Shown here in pieces: positions 51,842-64,000 of a stretch of 64,000 nucleotides of DNA. Under the pieces are notes generated by a model. It searched no databases, was not told the DNA's origin, and was given only the letters and a program-made list of their open reading frames with translations. A program made the position numbers and the translations under genes. Numbering within the stretch: position 1 is the first letter of the stretch; every line of letters starts with the position of its first letter. Source of the DNA: Styela clava (Eukaryota); contig NC_135261.1 of the NCBI RefSeq assembly GCF_964204865.1, forward strand, positions 10,602,001-10,666,000, written 5' to 3'.

Positions 51842-54218
51842 CTTATTATATTGATAACTGATAATAATACGTCTTTTGGCTTAAATATATTATTTAATTA
51901 CCTCATTAATTAATTACCTTTTCTTTAATGTACTTTATTTCAGCTATCTGAGAATCACTCTACAATACATGAACTAACAACCTCTATTGACTTGAATAAA
52001 ATACACGCAGTCAATACATCTTGCTATATGAAATCCTATTTCATAAATATATATACCAAATAAGGCAAATAGGCTATGATGGATGCTTACCTGCCCTTTC
52101 ACCCCAATCAATTCATTTATATATTTTACCATATTTCCATGCATATTTTGAGGTTGTTTTTTCGAGTTGCGCCTAAAAGTGGTTTGCGTGTTTAAAACTA
52201 TAATTTTACATGACATTTAACGGTATTAATTCCGAATGTCAACCCAGGTAGATCCAAATTTTAACTTCGTTCCATGACTCCAATATTAGGAAATCGTTGC
52301 GTCTTCAAAAAGTTTGGGTTACTACTGTTTGACGAATAAAGTTGAATAAAATCCAGAAAAACACATTTAGTGTTACAACAACGTACAAGGTTTTTGAAAT
52401 TTGTTCCGGAGAATACAAGCAAACGAACAGTAACCCCAACACCTGTTTTGCATAGTCGTTCCCGAAGTTGGCGATTAATCATCAGTGGCTTTAAAAAACT
52501 ATAATGACGTCATATTGAATATAACGCATTGAGCCAAATAAAAAAATAACGTTGTACTTAAGTTTTCAATTTGTAAACTGAATTTATTAAGATCGGATGC
52601 CCTTGATTCTTCTGATTATATTCTTCAAGTTTTTGTTACTCTAAGTTTAGGTAATGTTTCCTAATTATCAATAAAATACCAGTCTTTCGAAACAGGAATG
52701 TACTAGAGCAGGGGTCAGCCTACGGCCCGCGGGCCAGATCCTGTCCGCGGAGTAAAATAATCCAGCACGCGATTCTTTACTGAATTATAGAAATCGGCTG
52801 TTTTGATGATTATATTCTTTACGTAACAGATTTTATTTTAAGTCACGTGTAGACTAATTTATACTATAACCTAACAAGTAAATAAGTAGGCTACTCGTTT
52901 ATTAATTATAATTAGACAAATGGCAACAAACCGCAGAATAGTTTATGCTAAGTGCAAAGGGTTCAATGGCGCAGAAAATATTTAAATGAATTTTATTGAG
53001 ATGAAGAAATAAATTTATATTCCTTTTTAAGAAATGTATCTTTGCTTGATTTTTATAAAAAAGTATCTTCTTGAAAGAAAACCTTACCCCAATTTGAGTG
53101 ACAAATCATGCGAATAACTTTCTATCGATGTTTGGAAGTACATATGTACGCGAACAATTATTTCAGAAAACGAACATTACAAAGAACAAGCTGAGAATTC
53201 GGATTAGTGATGCCCATTTATAAAATGTTTTTATCTTGGCTTCATTCAGTGTCCCATTCAGAAAACGTTTCCCATTCAGTGACGTTGAAAACGTATTAAG
53301 CGGGTTGCAACAAAAAGTGTCACATTAAATGTCATTTGTAATTTTTCTTCTCAAGTAAAACGATTAAGTTGAGTTCACGAGTTGTCGCAGTCTTCGCACG
53401 CTGCTTAAATCCTAAAATGTCAACATCTGATATGATCAAAAAATTGCGATTAATCGGCCATACCTTCGGTTTTTAACTTTCTAAAAATATGTGACACCCA
53501 ACAAGACTCGCAACCTTTAGTTTTGGTCCGCGAGCGACAAAAGGTTGCCGACATCATAAAGTTTTCTTATATGGTGCACAAATATCACCAGTATGTTATT
53601 GAGATATACTAATTGTGGAATTTGGCAATAATATGATTGTTCTGAGACATTCTTTTTAATATAATTCCATTTCTCATCCAACATTTGTCATTTCTGAACC
53701 TAACAATTTGACCTGTATTTCCCATTTTGATTTCTTGTGCATCGCTCAGAGTTTTATCTCAAGTTATCTCAATTTTTAGAAGTACAATTTCAATGAGAAG
53801 TTTGAAAGTATCGGTTGTGCTTTAATAGGGATTTGGGAAATGAATTTTCGGCACAACAGCTTTTTCTACTATTTGCACCCTGGCGTTACCGGGTCGCAAA
53901 TAAAGGAGGTTACAAGGAGTATGAAGCATGCATGTTGAAAAATAAAGCGCCTTGTGCTTTGCGAAGTATGTAACTGATGTTATTGCGTGATACAATTTTA
54001 CATGTAAATGTATAGAAATAGTGTTCAATCCACACGTACTTTCAAATCCCGGTCACTAAGAATGCTTCTAACCACATTATAACACTTCTATTTGCATTTG
54101 CTTAGAATTTATTGTCAATATCAGCAGATGGTAAAGGCAATTGGCATAAATTCATCAGCCTAATCTAAAACTAAGATATTTCCATGGTCGTTTGTCGTTC
54201 GGTTGATGTCGGCGGTGT

Positions 54219-56867
54219 TTATATACATCTGACATATCTGAAGCATCCGTCATACTTGACAATGCGGTAGGATTTGTACGTGCTGAAATAGGATTATGTT
54301 AAACAGGAAAAACTCTGATTCAATTCAATTACAAAACTAACTAAGACTTACCAGAATTGCTTGTAAGCAAAGCAATAAGAAGAAGACGTGGGCAACACGC
54401 ATCGATAATTATAGGTGATCTTAAGTTCTCGAAGTTGCACACAGTATGTACATTTGAATCCACAAGCATAATGCTCCTTCAGATCACTGAGATGTTTCCC
54501 CCAGTCTTGTTCAATCTTGGTCACTATGTCGGTGTGTTCTTTCTTCGTTTTCTCTTCGTAGGCGTTGTACAACTTTTGAGCTTCGTTGCCGAGTGGTTTG
54601 CCCATATAAAATTCAAGCAGTTTCAAATACTGTTCCGTTCTGAGTTGGGCAATCTAAACATTTTTGCAAGAATTATATAAATATAAATACATATTTTAAA
54701 CAAAATGTCACGCTGTCAACCTTTTCCAATCTCTCTGTAATGCATTTCAGTCTTCTTTCAAACCGTTCCGATAAGCACTTTACGTAGCTTTCGATCTTTG
54801 TCTTTCTGGTAGATAGGCATGTTGCATATTGTGCAACATATTTGGCAATTCGCTCATTGAGCCTTTGCTCGTGGCAACCAATCATGTCAGTGTATGACTT
54901 GGAAGCGCGAGAAAGGCGCTCCCCAAGCTTTTTTTCATACTCTGCAATCGCTTTTTTCTTTTGTTCGTCCAATGATTTCTGATATTCTTCTAGGGAAGTC
55001 AAGTTATCTGCTGTGATGCAATTGTTTCTGGAAATATAAAGAGCAACTGAGCCAAATGTCATCTTATGATATACTTATTCACCGTGACACTTACTGTACT
55101 AAGTAATTTGCTTTATAATACGTTATCAAACATTTGTGTCTCTCATCAACAATCTTTTTGAAAGACTCCAATGCCTTCTGATTAGTTATTTTTGCTTGCG
55201 CATACCAATCATCATATGTTTTCTTCATGGATTCAATTATTGTCTTAGCTTTATTATCAAGGTCTTCTTTGAATTTTTGTTCGGTGATATTAACTTCATC
55301 TTAAGTGTAATAAAAACATTAAATTCAGTGAAACATAAAGACAATTGAGCAAACGTTTTAGGACTTGCACTAACCGGTTACACATTTTTTCAGCTCCTTG
55401 TATTTGATTGTCCTGTATTGAAATTTGTAGGTCAAGAAACGGAAGCAACTTCTTTGGGTAGTAATTTTGTACGTCCACCATTTCCCGATACTTCGACTAT
55501 AAAGAAAAAACCAAGAGTAGAATTATATTGATATATACTATTTACCTGCCATTTATTTATAATTACCAATTGGTGTAAAATTGACTTCTGCCAAAACAGA
55601 GAGTTCCGCCGTATGCGCACTGATAAGCGCATGCGTAGCTTTTTACAAGTTCTCCGATAGCTGCAGTTAGCTTCGCGGTGTATTCGTCCAACTGTGTTTG
55701 ATATGATAAAGTTTCTTTAGTTTTGAAAGCCTCCAAAACTGCATTAACGTCTGCTCCGTTCCAATCCTCAGAACCTAAATGTAAAGTTCCATTATGAATA
55801 AAAGTATGTGCAAAATTCGAAAGAATAGAAATAACTTACAATGGGCTCTGTATATGAGTTTTTGGAACACTTCAGATCTTTGTTTTACGATGGCTTCCAT
55901 GACACATTTATATTTTGTCTCATACTCTGTCACGCGCTTCTCGAGAGCTTTTCTGTATTCTTCTATTTTAGCTAAACGAGTGTTGAAGCATGTAACAGAC
56001 CTGAAATAAGAAAGGTTCGAATTTTTTGTTCTCTTGTAAACGAACTTTTGAACTTACAGTAACACACCTCTCGACAAGTTTTTTGTGATATTCCTGCACA
56101 CAAGCGAATCTTTTCTGCATGTCATCGTTATAATTTTTTTTTGCTTCTTCCAACAATGAATCTAGTTTTGTATTATAATTTTCAATAGCCTTCTTGTTGG
56201 TCTCCTTCATTTCTTCTGACTCTTCCTGCAATCCGGTAATTCTAAAAATTCACGATGTTAGTAATTTGAGTAAGAAAAGAATACGTAAGAAAGAATTGTA
56301 AGAAGAAATACAAACTTCAAATACTGCTTTGTATATTCCTCGATAGCGTCTTCGTGCTTTGTCTTTGCCTCGGTATTTTGATTTGTTGCAGTTTCAACCC
56401 AATCCCCCTTTTTTTGTTGCATATCAAGATATATTTTATCGGCCACTTCTTCCAATTGTTTTTTAACTTCAGTTTCAAAAACGGCCACCGTCATCTCTAT
56501 AATACAAAAAATCATGCCTCAAAATGTGTGTTTCTCAAATTATTCAGAAAAACATACAATTCAGAATTACCTTCGAATCCATCCTCTGTGCATTTCTCTC
56601 CTGGATAGCTCTTCAGAACATTAGAGTAATATTTCGTTGTGAACCAAGCAGGACAGTAGTAGATTCGAAAACTGTAGCATCCGTAATTGATTCGGTAAAA
56701 TTGTCCGACATTGTAAGTAACATATCCACAATGACTCGGTTGGTATAGAGCGGCATTGGCAACCTGTAAACATTATAATTTAGGCAAAATTGATAAAAAG
56801 AAACGAAGGGCAATATTTATCAAATACTTACGGCCAAACAGCCTAGAAGTAACAATAAAATCTTCAT
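54219..56867 (-). CDS. Secreted 650-aa protein, copy 6
   Basis: Same exon structure; ATG 56867, TAA 54221-54219; no disabling change seen. Confidence 0.85.
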
Positions 56868-58661
56868 GATCGTCTTTATTCAGGTTGTTGAACAACGACT
56901 TGTCGAATCCCTGTTGTGCGCTTGTATATATGGGATTTCTTCCCTCTCTTCAAAATCCAAGTACCAGCTCCTTTATGTTTTAATGTTACTTTAGTGAGCT
57001 CTTATCTCGACCACAATGATTGAAATTGTCAGAAGCGCAACAAATGTTTACCTCGAATCGCTATGCCGTAGTTATAACAGAAAGTTCAGTTTATTTCATT
57101 TAAATCTTCCATCATTGTGCATTTAGTAAAAAGGTAATTGTTAATTAATCTTTTTATTGTGAAGTACATTATTTTTCAACTAATAAGATACCACTTCGAC
57201 ATAGCTATTCACTTCATCAGTACGCATTGTTTATATAAATATAACTTCAGGGTTGAAGATAGTTAGTCAATAGCTATTACATCCAATTGAACAGCATTAC
57301 TAAAAAAATAGAAGTTTTTCAACAACACTTTATTTTTATTATTCACTCTTTGGTATACGCATACAATTGTTTTAACAGCAAAATGTACGACTTTTGAATC
57401 ATAGATTGATTGACGTTCTCATGCTTGACAGCGTCAATCAATCAGAAAAATTTCCTGATCATATAAGCATTAACAATGTATCTGGAATAGCCATAATGAA
57501 TGGACACTGTAATATGAGTTATTCGGACATGGATTGTGCACACGAAGAATATTTCACTCGTTGTCAGTGGTATTGGAGTTGGGAATTATCTTTTCACCTT
57601 CAAAATGATAAATCGGAAATTGGTGTAGAATACTCCAATTAATTTAAAAATGAATTTTATGTTCTGTTTAATTGCTGGCATTTAAACATATATATATCTA
57701 ACGCCAACGACAACTTCTAAATGAAAAGATAACGATTGTATTAATATCGGGATTGACACAAAACAGGATTATACAGAACTCGACGACGTTCGTCGACAAC
57801 ACCAATAAAGTCGAAATATCCAGTTTCATAACGTTTCGTCATAGGTCTCAAAGTCGAAAATTTTATTTCCGAATTCGGAATTCTCAAAACATTCGAATCC
57901 TACTTCAATATGATAAAGTTGGAAAGTACTAAATATTTTTAGTGTATTTCCATCATATTCAAAGCAAAAACACAAAATGTTGAGTTATAAATTATATTTT
58001 TAATCAAGAGCTGTCATATCCGTATAAATAATATCACAAATAAACCATTTGTTTTTGACGAAGCACTTATATCCTTATGTTAGAACAAGCAGTTTATTTT
58101 GCATATTCGTATGCAAGTAAAACGTTGATGTTTCGATAGATTGATTGACGTTGTCATTCTCCGAGAATACTGAATCCCAAAAGAATATTTCAACTACTTA
58201 CCTAGCATCTAGTGGACAGTTTCATATCGGGCGCCTTTAAATATATGGACTTCAAGATATTTTTTTGTAATTCGAAACAAATTTCCAAACATCATCAATA
58301 TTTCCCGGATTCTCCTCATGCATAAATATTTCTATTTCTGAAAATATTCAATATGCTAATGTGCAGCTCGACTTTTGACGCGCGTCAAATATTGTTTGAC
58401 AACGTCAATCAAACAAAACATGTCATTGTTTAGATAATAGATGCTCAAAAATTGTAAGCAAAACAATGTTTGTGATTACACCCTGTAGGAAGTGGATAAT
58501 TGAGAACCGAAGATCAGCCATCATCAGAATTTGTTAAAACTCGTCAGTTGTCAAATATCATATTAATTAAAAGGCTATATCATGATATTAGTTCATGAAA
58601 TGGTTTATTTTTACTGCCTAATAACCGGTAACCAAGACTGAAACAAGCAAATTAAATTCAG

Positions 58662-59915
58662 AGGAAACCCTACAGACGACGATCAATCTGTTGGGGTAGC
58701 TTTGCTCGTACTGGAGAGCCTGCTGATGGGTTAGAAAACTCTCTTGGAGATTTTCCTGACTGGTAACAGTATTCGTCACCATCAATGACAAAGCGGTATC
58801 TCGAAAGTATCCTCAAACAATTTTCAGGGGATGAATCATGATTTTGATTAAGGTGAACTTATGATGAATAATTTGCCAATAATTAAATCATGAATTGAAA
58901 TACATATTTATAACTGAACGTATTTGCAATCGTAGAGGTAGAAATTAATAACATACATATATTCAATTTAGAAAAAAAAAGGTTATGACCAAAATGTCCT
59001 CATAATATCCTGAGCATCATTTTTTTATCGTCACTTTTCAATTTCCCAAGTTTTACGTTAACTTAAAATAACCAAATCGGTCTGACTTTAGCACATTGTA
59101 CAGTTATACTATCAACTGCCGAGCAGGATAATGGTGTTCAGCACAACACCATCGTCGGCAATATATTGTGTGCAGGCATGCATCTTTCAAAAATCCCATA
59201 TTTTATTTCACCAAAGACCAAAATTTGATGAAAAATCCAATTTGTTAAAAAATCATCTAAATTAAGAAATGAAGACCTAAAATTGAACATTTCATATGAC
59301 ATTGAATTATTTTGCACAAATCCTGGAATAACATAATATAAATATGTACGATTCATAACATGCATTAAGTGGGAAAACTGTTCCAATCATAAAATATTAA
59401 ATAGCTGATCCCATCTTTGGGGGGTAGCCCACAGAATTTCTTTATTATTTCTCCTTTTTTTTAAGGGCTGATCCAAAGATGTCTAACTTGATTATCCGTT
59501 CATGTTGTAGTTTACAGGTGGCAGGAGTTATAGCTTGCATATTCTAAAATCGTTTAAATCTTCTAAACCATTTCATGATTTTTTTACACGAAGTAACAAC
59601 AAACCATGACTGGGAAAGTCTGCGAATCAAAGCTCCGGAAGGGTGAAATTGAGGGAAGGGTACGAGCAGGATATATGTGACTTGTGGGAAGGTATAGGAT
59701 TCTGTATGGATTCAATACTGTTACCGACAACAACAGCTACCGTAGTTGCTGTAGAACGGATCCACCGATTCACCGAACGGATTCGGACAGGCCGAACGGA
59801 TTCACCGATTTTCACAACTAGTAATGCAAGATCAGACTCTCAACATTCATTTATTTTTATTTTTTCCTGCCTGCTTTCACTTTTATGGTTGAACTTGAAT
59901 GTCCAGGAAGAATAA
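58662..59915 (+). pseudogene. Decayed esterase exons 10-11 (U7)
   Basis: Same lesions; retains the ancestral TTTAT codon. Confidence 0.9.
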
Positions 59916-62281
59916 CCTATTATATTGATAACTGATAATAATACGTCTTTTGGCTTAAATATATTATTTAATTACCTCATTAATTAATTACCTTTTCTTT
60001 AATGTACTTTATTTCAGCTATCTGAGAATCACTCTACAATACATGAACTAACAACCTCTATTGACTTGAATAAAATACACGCAGTCAATACATCTTGCTA
60101 TATGAAATCCTATTTCATAAATATATATACCAAATAGGCTATGATGGATGCTTACCTGCCCTTTCACCCCAATTAATTCATTTATATATTTTACCATATT
60201 TCCATGCATATTTTGAGGTTGTTTTTTCGAGTTGCGCCTAAAAGTGGTTTGCGTGTTTAAAACTATAATTTCACATGACATTTAACGGTATTAATTCCGA
60301 ATGTCAACCCAGGTAGATCCAAATTTTAACTTCGTTCCATGACTCCAATATTAGGAAATCGTTGCGTCTTCAAAAAGTTTGGGTTACTACTGTTTGATGA
60401 ATAAAGTTGAATAAAATCCAGAAAAACACATTTAGTGTTACAACAACGTACAATGTTTTTGAAATTTGTTCCGGAGAATACAAGCAAACGGACAGTAACC
60501 CCAACACCTGTTTTGCATAGTCGTTCCCGAAGTTGGCGATTAATCATCAGTGGCTTTAAAAAACTATAATGACGTCATATTGGATATAACGCATTGAGCC
60601 AAATAAAAAAATAACGTTGTACTTAAGTTTTCAATTTGTAAACTGAATTTATTAAGATCGGATGCCCTTGATTCTTCTGATTATATTCTCCAAGTTTTTG
60701 TTACTCTAAGTTTAGGTAATGTTTCCTAATTATCAATAAAATACCAGTCTTTCGAAACAGGAATGTACTAGAGCAGGGGTCAGCCTACGGCCCGCGGGCC
60801 AGATCCTGTCCGCGGAGTAAAATAATCCAGCACGCGATTCTTTACTGAATTATAGAAATCGGCTGTTTTGATGATTATATTCTTTACGTAACAGAATTTA
60901 TTTTAAGTCACGTGTAGACTAATTTATACTATAACCTAACAAGTAAATAAGTAGGCTACTCGTTTATTAATTATAATTAGACAAATGGCAACAAACCGCA
61001 GAATAGTTTATGCTAAGTGCAAAGGGTTCAATGGCGCAGAAAATATTTAAATGAGTTTTATTGAGATGAAGAAATAAATTTATATTCCTTTTTAAGAAAT
61101 GTATCTTTGCTTGATTTTTATAAAAAAGTATCTTCTTGAAAGAAAACCTTACCCCAATTTGAGTGACAAATCATGCGAATAATTTTCTATCGATGTTTGG
61201 AAGTACATATGTACGCGAACAATTATTTCAGAAAACGAACATTACAAGAAACAAGCTGAGAATTCGGATTAGTGATGCCCATTAATAAAATGTTTTTATC
61301 TTGGCTTCATTCAGTGTCCCATTCAGAAAACGTTTCCCATTCAGTGACGTTGAAAACGTATTAAGCGGGTTGCAACAAAAAGTGTCACATTAAATGTCAT
61401 TTGTAATTTTTCTTCTCAAGTAAAACGATTAAGTTGAGTTCACGAGTTGTCGCAGTCTTCGCACGCTGCTTAAATCCTAAAATGTCAACATCTGATCTGA
61501 TCAAAAAATTGCGATTAATCGGCCATACCTTCGGTTTTTAACTTTCTAAAAATATGTGACACCCAACAAGACTCGCAACCTTTAGTTTTGGTCCGCGAGC
61601 GACAAAAGGTTGCCGACATCATAAAGTTTTCTTATATGGTGCACAAATATCACCAGTATGTTATTAAGATATACTAATTGTGGAATTTGGCAATAATATG
61701 ATTGTTCTGAGACATTCTTTTTAATATAATTCCATTTCTCATCCAACATTTGTCATTTCTGAACCTAACAATTTGACCTGTATTTCCCATTTTTATTTCT
61801 TGTGCATCGCTCAGAGTTTCATCTCAAATTATCAATTTTTAGAAGTACAATTTCAATGAGAAGTTTGAAAGTATCGGTTGTGCTTTAATAGGGATTTGGG
61901 AAATGAATTTTCGGCACAACAGTTTTTTCTACTATTTGCACCCTGGCGTTACCGGGTCGCAAATAAAGGAGGTTACAAGGAGTATGAAGCATGCATGTTG
62001 AAAAATAAAGCTCTTTGTGCTTTGCGAAGTATGTAACTGATGTTATTGCGTGATACAATTTTACATGTAAATGTATAGAAATAGTGTTCAATCCACACGT
62101 ACTTTCAAATCCCGGTCACTAAGAATGCTTCTAACCACATTATAACACTTCTATTTGCATTTGCTTAGAATTTATTGTCAATATCAGCAGATGGTAAAGG
62201 CAATTGGCATAAATTCATCAGCCTAATCTAAAACTAAGATATTTCCATGGTCGTTTGTCGTTCGGTTGATGTCGGCGGTGT

Positions 62282-64000
62282 TTATATACATCTGACATAT
62301 CTGAAGCATCCGTCATACTTGACAATGCGGTAGGATTTGTACGTGCTGAAATAGGATTATGTTAAGCAGGAAAAACTCTGATTCAATTCAATTACAAAAC
62401 TAACTAAGACTTACCAGAATTGCTTGTAAGCAAAGCAATAAGAAGAAGACGTGGGCAACACGCATCGATAATTATAGGTGATCTTAAGTTCTCGAAGTTG
62501 CACACAGTATGTACATTTGAATCCACAAGCATAATGCTCCTTCAGATCACTGAGATGTTTCCCCCAGTCTTGTTCAATCTTGGTCACTATGTCGGTGTTT
62601 TCTTTCTTCGTTTTCTCTTCGTAGGCGTTGTACAATTTTTGAGCTTCGTTGCCGAGTGGTTTGCCCATATAAAATTCAAGCAGTTTCAAATACTGTTCTG
62701 TTCTGAGTTGGGCAATCTAAACATTTTTGCAAGAATTATATAAATATAAATTCATATTTTAAACAAAATGTCACGCTGTCAACCTTTTCCAATCTCTCTG
62801 TAATGCATTTCAGTCTTCTTTCAAACCGTTCCGATAAGCACTTTACGTAGCTTTCGATCTTTGTCTTTCTGGTAGATAGGCATGTTGCATATTGTGCAAC
62901 ATATTTGGCAATTCGCTCATTGAACCTTTGCTCGTGGCAACCAATCATGTCAGTGTATGCCTTGGAAGCGCGAGAAAGGCGCTCCCCAAGCTTTTTTTCA
63001 TACTCTGCAATCGCTTTTTTCTTTTGTTCGTCCAATGATTTCTGATATTCTTCTAGGGAAGTCAAGTTATCTGCTGTGATGCAATTGTTTCTAGAAATAT
63101 AAAGAGCAACTGAGCCAAATGTCATCTTATGATATACTTATTCACCGTGACACTTACTGTACTAAGTAATTTGCTTTATAATACGTTATCAAACATTTGT
63201 GTCTCTCATCAACAATCTTTTTGAAAGACTCCAATGCCTTCTGATTAGTTATTTTTGCTTGCGCATACCAATCATCATATGTTTTCTTCATGGATTCAAT
63301 TATTGTCTTAGCTTTATTATCAAGGTCTTCTTTGAATTTTTGTTCGGTGATATTAACTTCATCTTAAGTGTAATAAAAACATTAAATTCAGTGAAACATA
63401 AAGACAATTGAGCAAACGTTTTAGGACTTGCACTAACCGGTTACACATTTTTTCAGCTCCTTGTATTTGATTGTCCTGTATTGAAATTTGTAGGTCAAGA
63501 AACGGAAGCAACTTCTTTGGGTAGTAATTTTGTACGTCCACCATTTCCCGATACTTCGACTATAAAGAAAAAACCAAGAGTAGAATTATATTGATATATA
63601 CTATTTACCTGCCATTTATTTATAATTACCAATTGGTGTAAAATTGACTTCTGCCAAAACAGAGAGTTCCGCCGTATGCGCACTGATAAGCGCATGCGTA
63701 GCTTTTTACAAGTTCTCCGATAGCTGCAGTTAGCTTCGCGGTGTATTCGTCCAACTGTGTTTGATATGATTGAGTTTCTTTAGTTTTGAAAGCCTCCAAA
63801 ACTGCATTAACGTCTGCTCCGTTCCAATCCTCAGAACCTAGATGTAAAGTTCCATTGTGAATAAAATTATGTTCAAAATTCGAAAGAAAAGAAAAAACTT
63901 ACAATGGGCTCTGTATATCAGTTTTTGGAACACTTGAGATCTCTGTTTTACGATGGCTTCCATGACACATTTATATTTTGTCTCGTACTCTGTCACGCGC
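62282..64000 (-). CDS. Secreted protein, copy 7 (part of exon 5 through exon 11; 5' part beyond the window)
   Basis: Stop at 62284-62282; exons 6-11 open; the window ends inside exon 5. Confidence 0.75.

Larger units (their letters stand above)
5921..64000. repeat. Tandem segmental duplication array, at least 7 head-to-tail units (core about 8.06-8.08 kb; 11.07 kb with the pogo insertion; U1 6.29 kb)
   Basis: The sequence gtca(c/g)ttgtcaaatatcatattaattaaaagg recurs at 5921, 12210, 20266, 28331, 39397, 50464 and 58543. The ORF track repeats at the matching offsets. Confidence 0.97.

Noticed and set aside
5921-64000. The 8-kb unit itself as a mobile element (LTR, Helitron or Polinton)
   Set aside because: No terminal repeats, TSDs or replication/integrase genes; the unit starts inside a host intron, consistent with tandem duplication.

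Overview
AT-rich eukaryotic DNA with short GT-AG introns. A metazoan, possibly a marine invertebrate such as a tunicate, is my inference; the taxon cannot be established from the sequence. Positions 1-6.7 kb hold the last exon of one type-B carboxylesterase and a complete 11-exon paralogue (687 aa, signal peptide, Ser-Glu-His triad, GPI-like tail). From about 5921 to the window end runs a head-to-tail tandem array of at least 7 units: U1 5921-12209, U2 12210-20265, U3 20266-28330, U4 28331-39396, U5 39397-50463, U6 50464-58542, U7 58543->64000. Each unit carries a minus-strand 11-exon gene that the ORF track shows only as fragments. By manual splicing it encodes a secreted 650-aa protein of no family I recognise, built from two internally duplicated helical/coiled-coil modules with Tyr/Cys-rich linkers. 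Copy 1 has a nonsense codon; I found no disabling change in copies 2-6 or in the visible part of copy 7. U2-U7 also carry decayed copies of the last two esterase exons. Units also contain a hAT relic (truncated in U1) and, where visible (U1-U6), an inverted-repeat-rich segment holding what looks like a flipped relic gene. A 3000-bp pogo DD35D transposon occupies the same site in U4 and U5, has left a TA-GG-TA excision footprint in U6, and is absent from U2, U3 and U7. All coordinates and splice models were read by eye.
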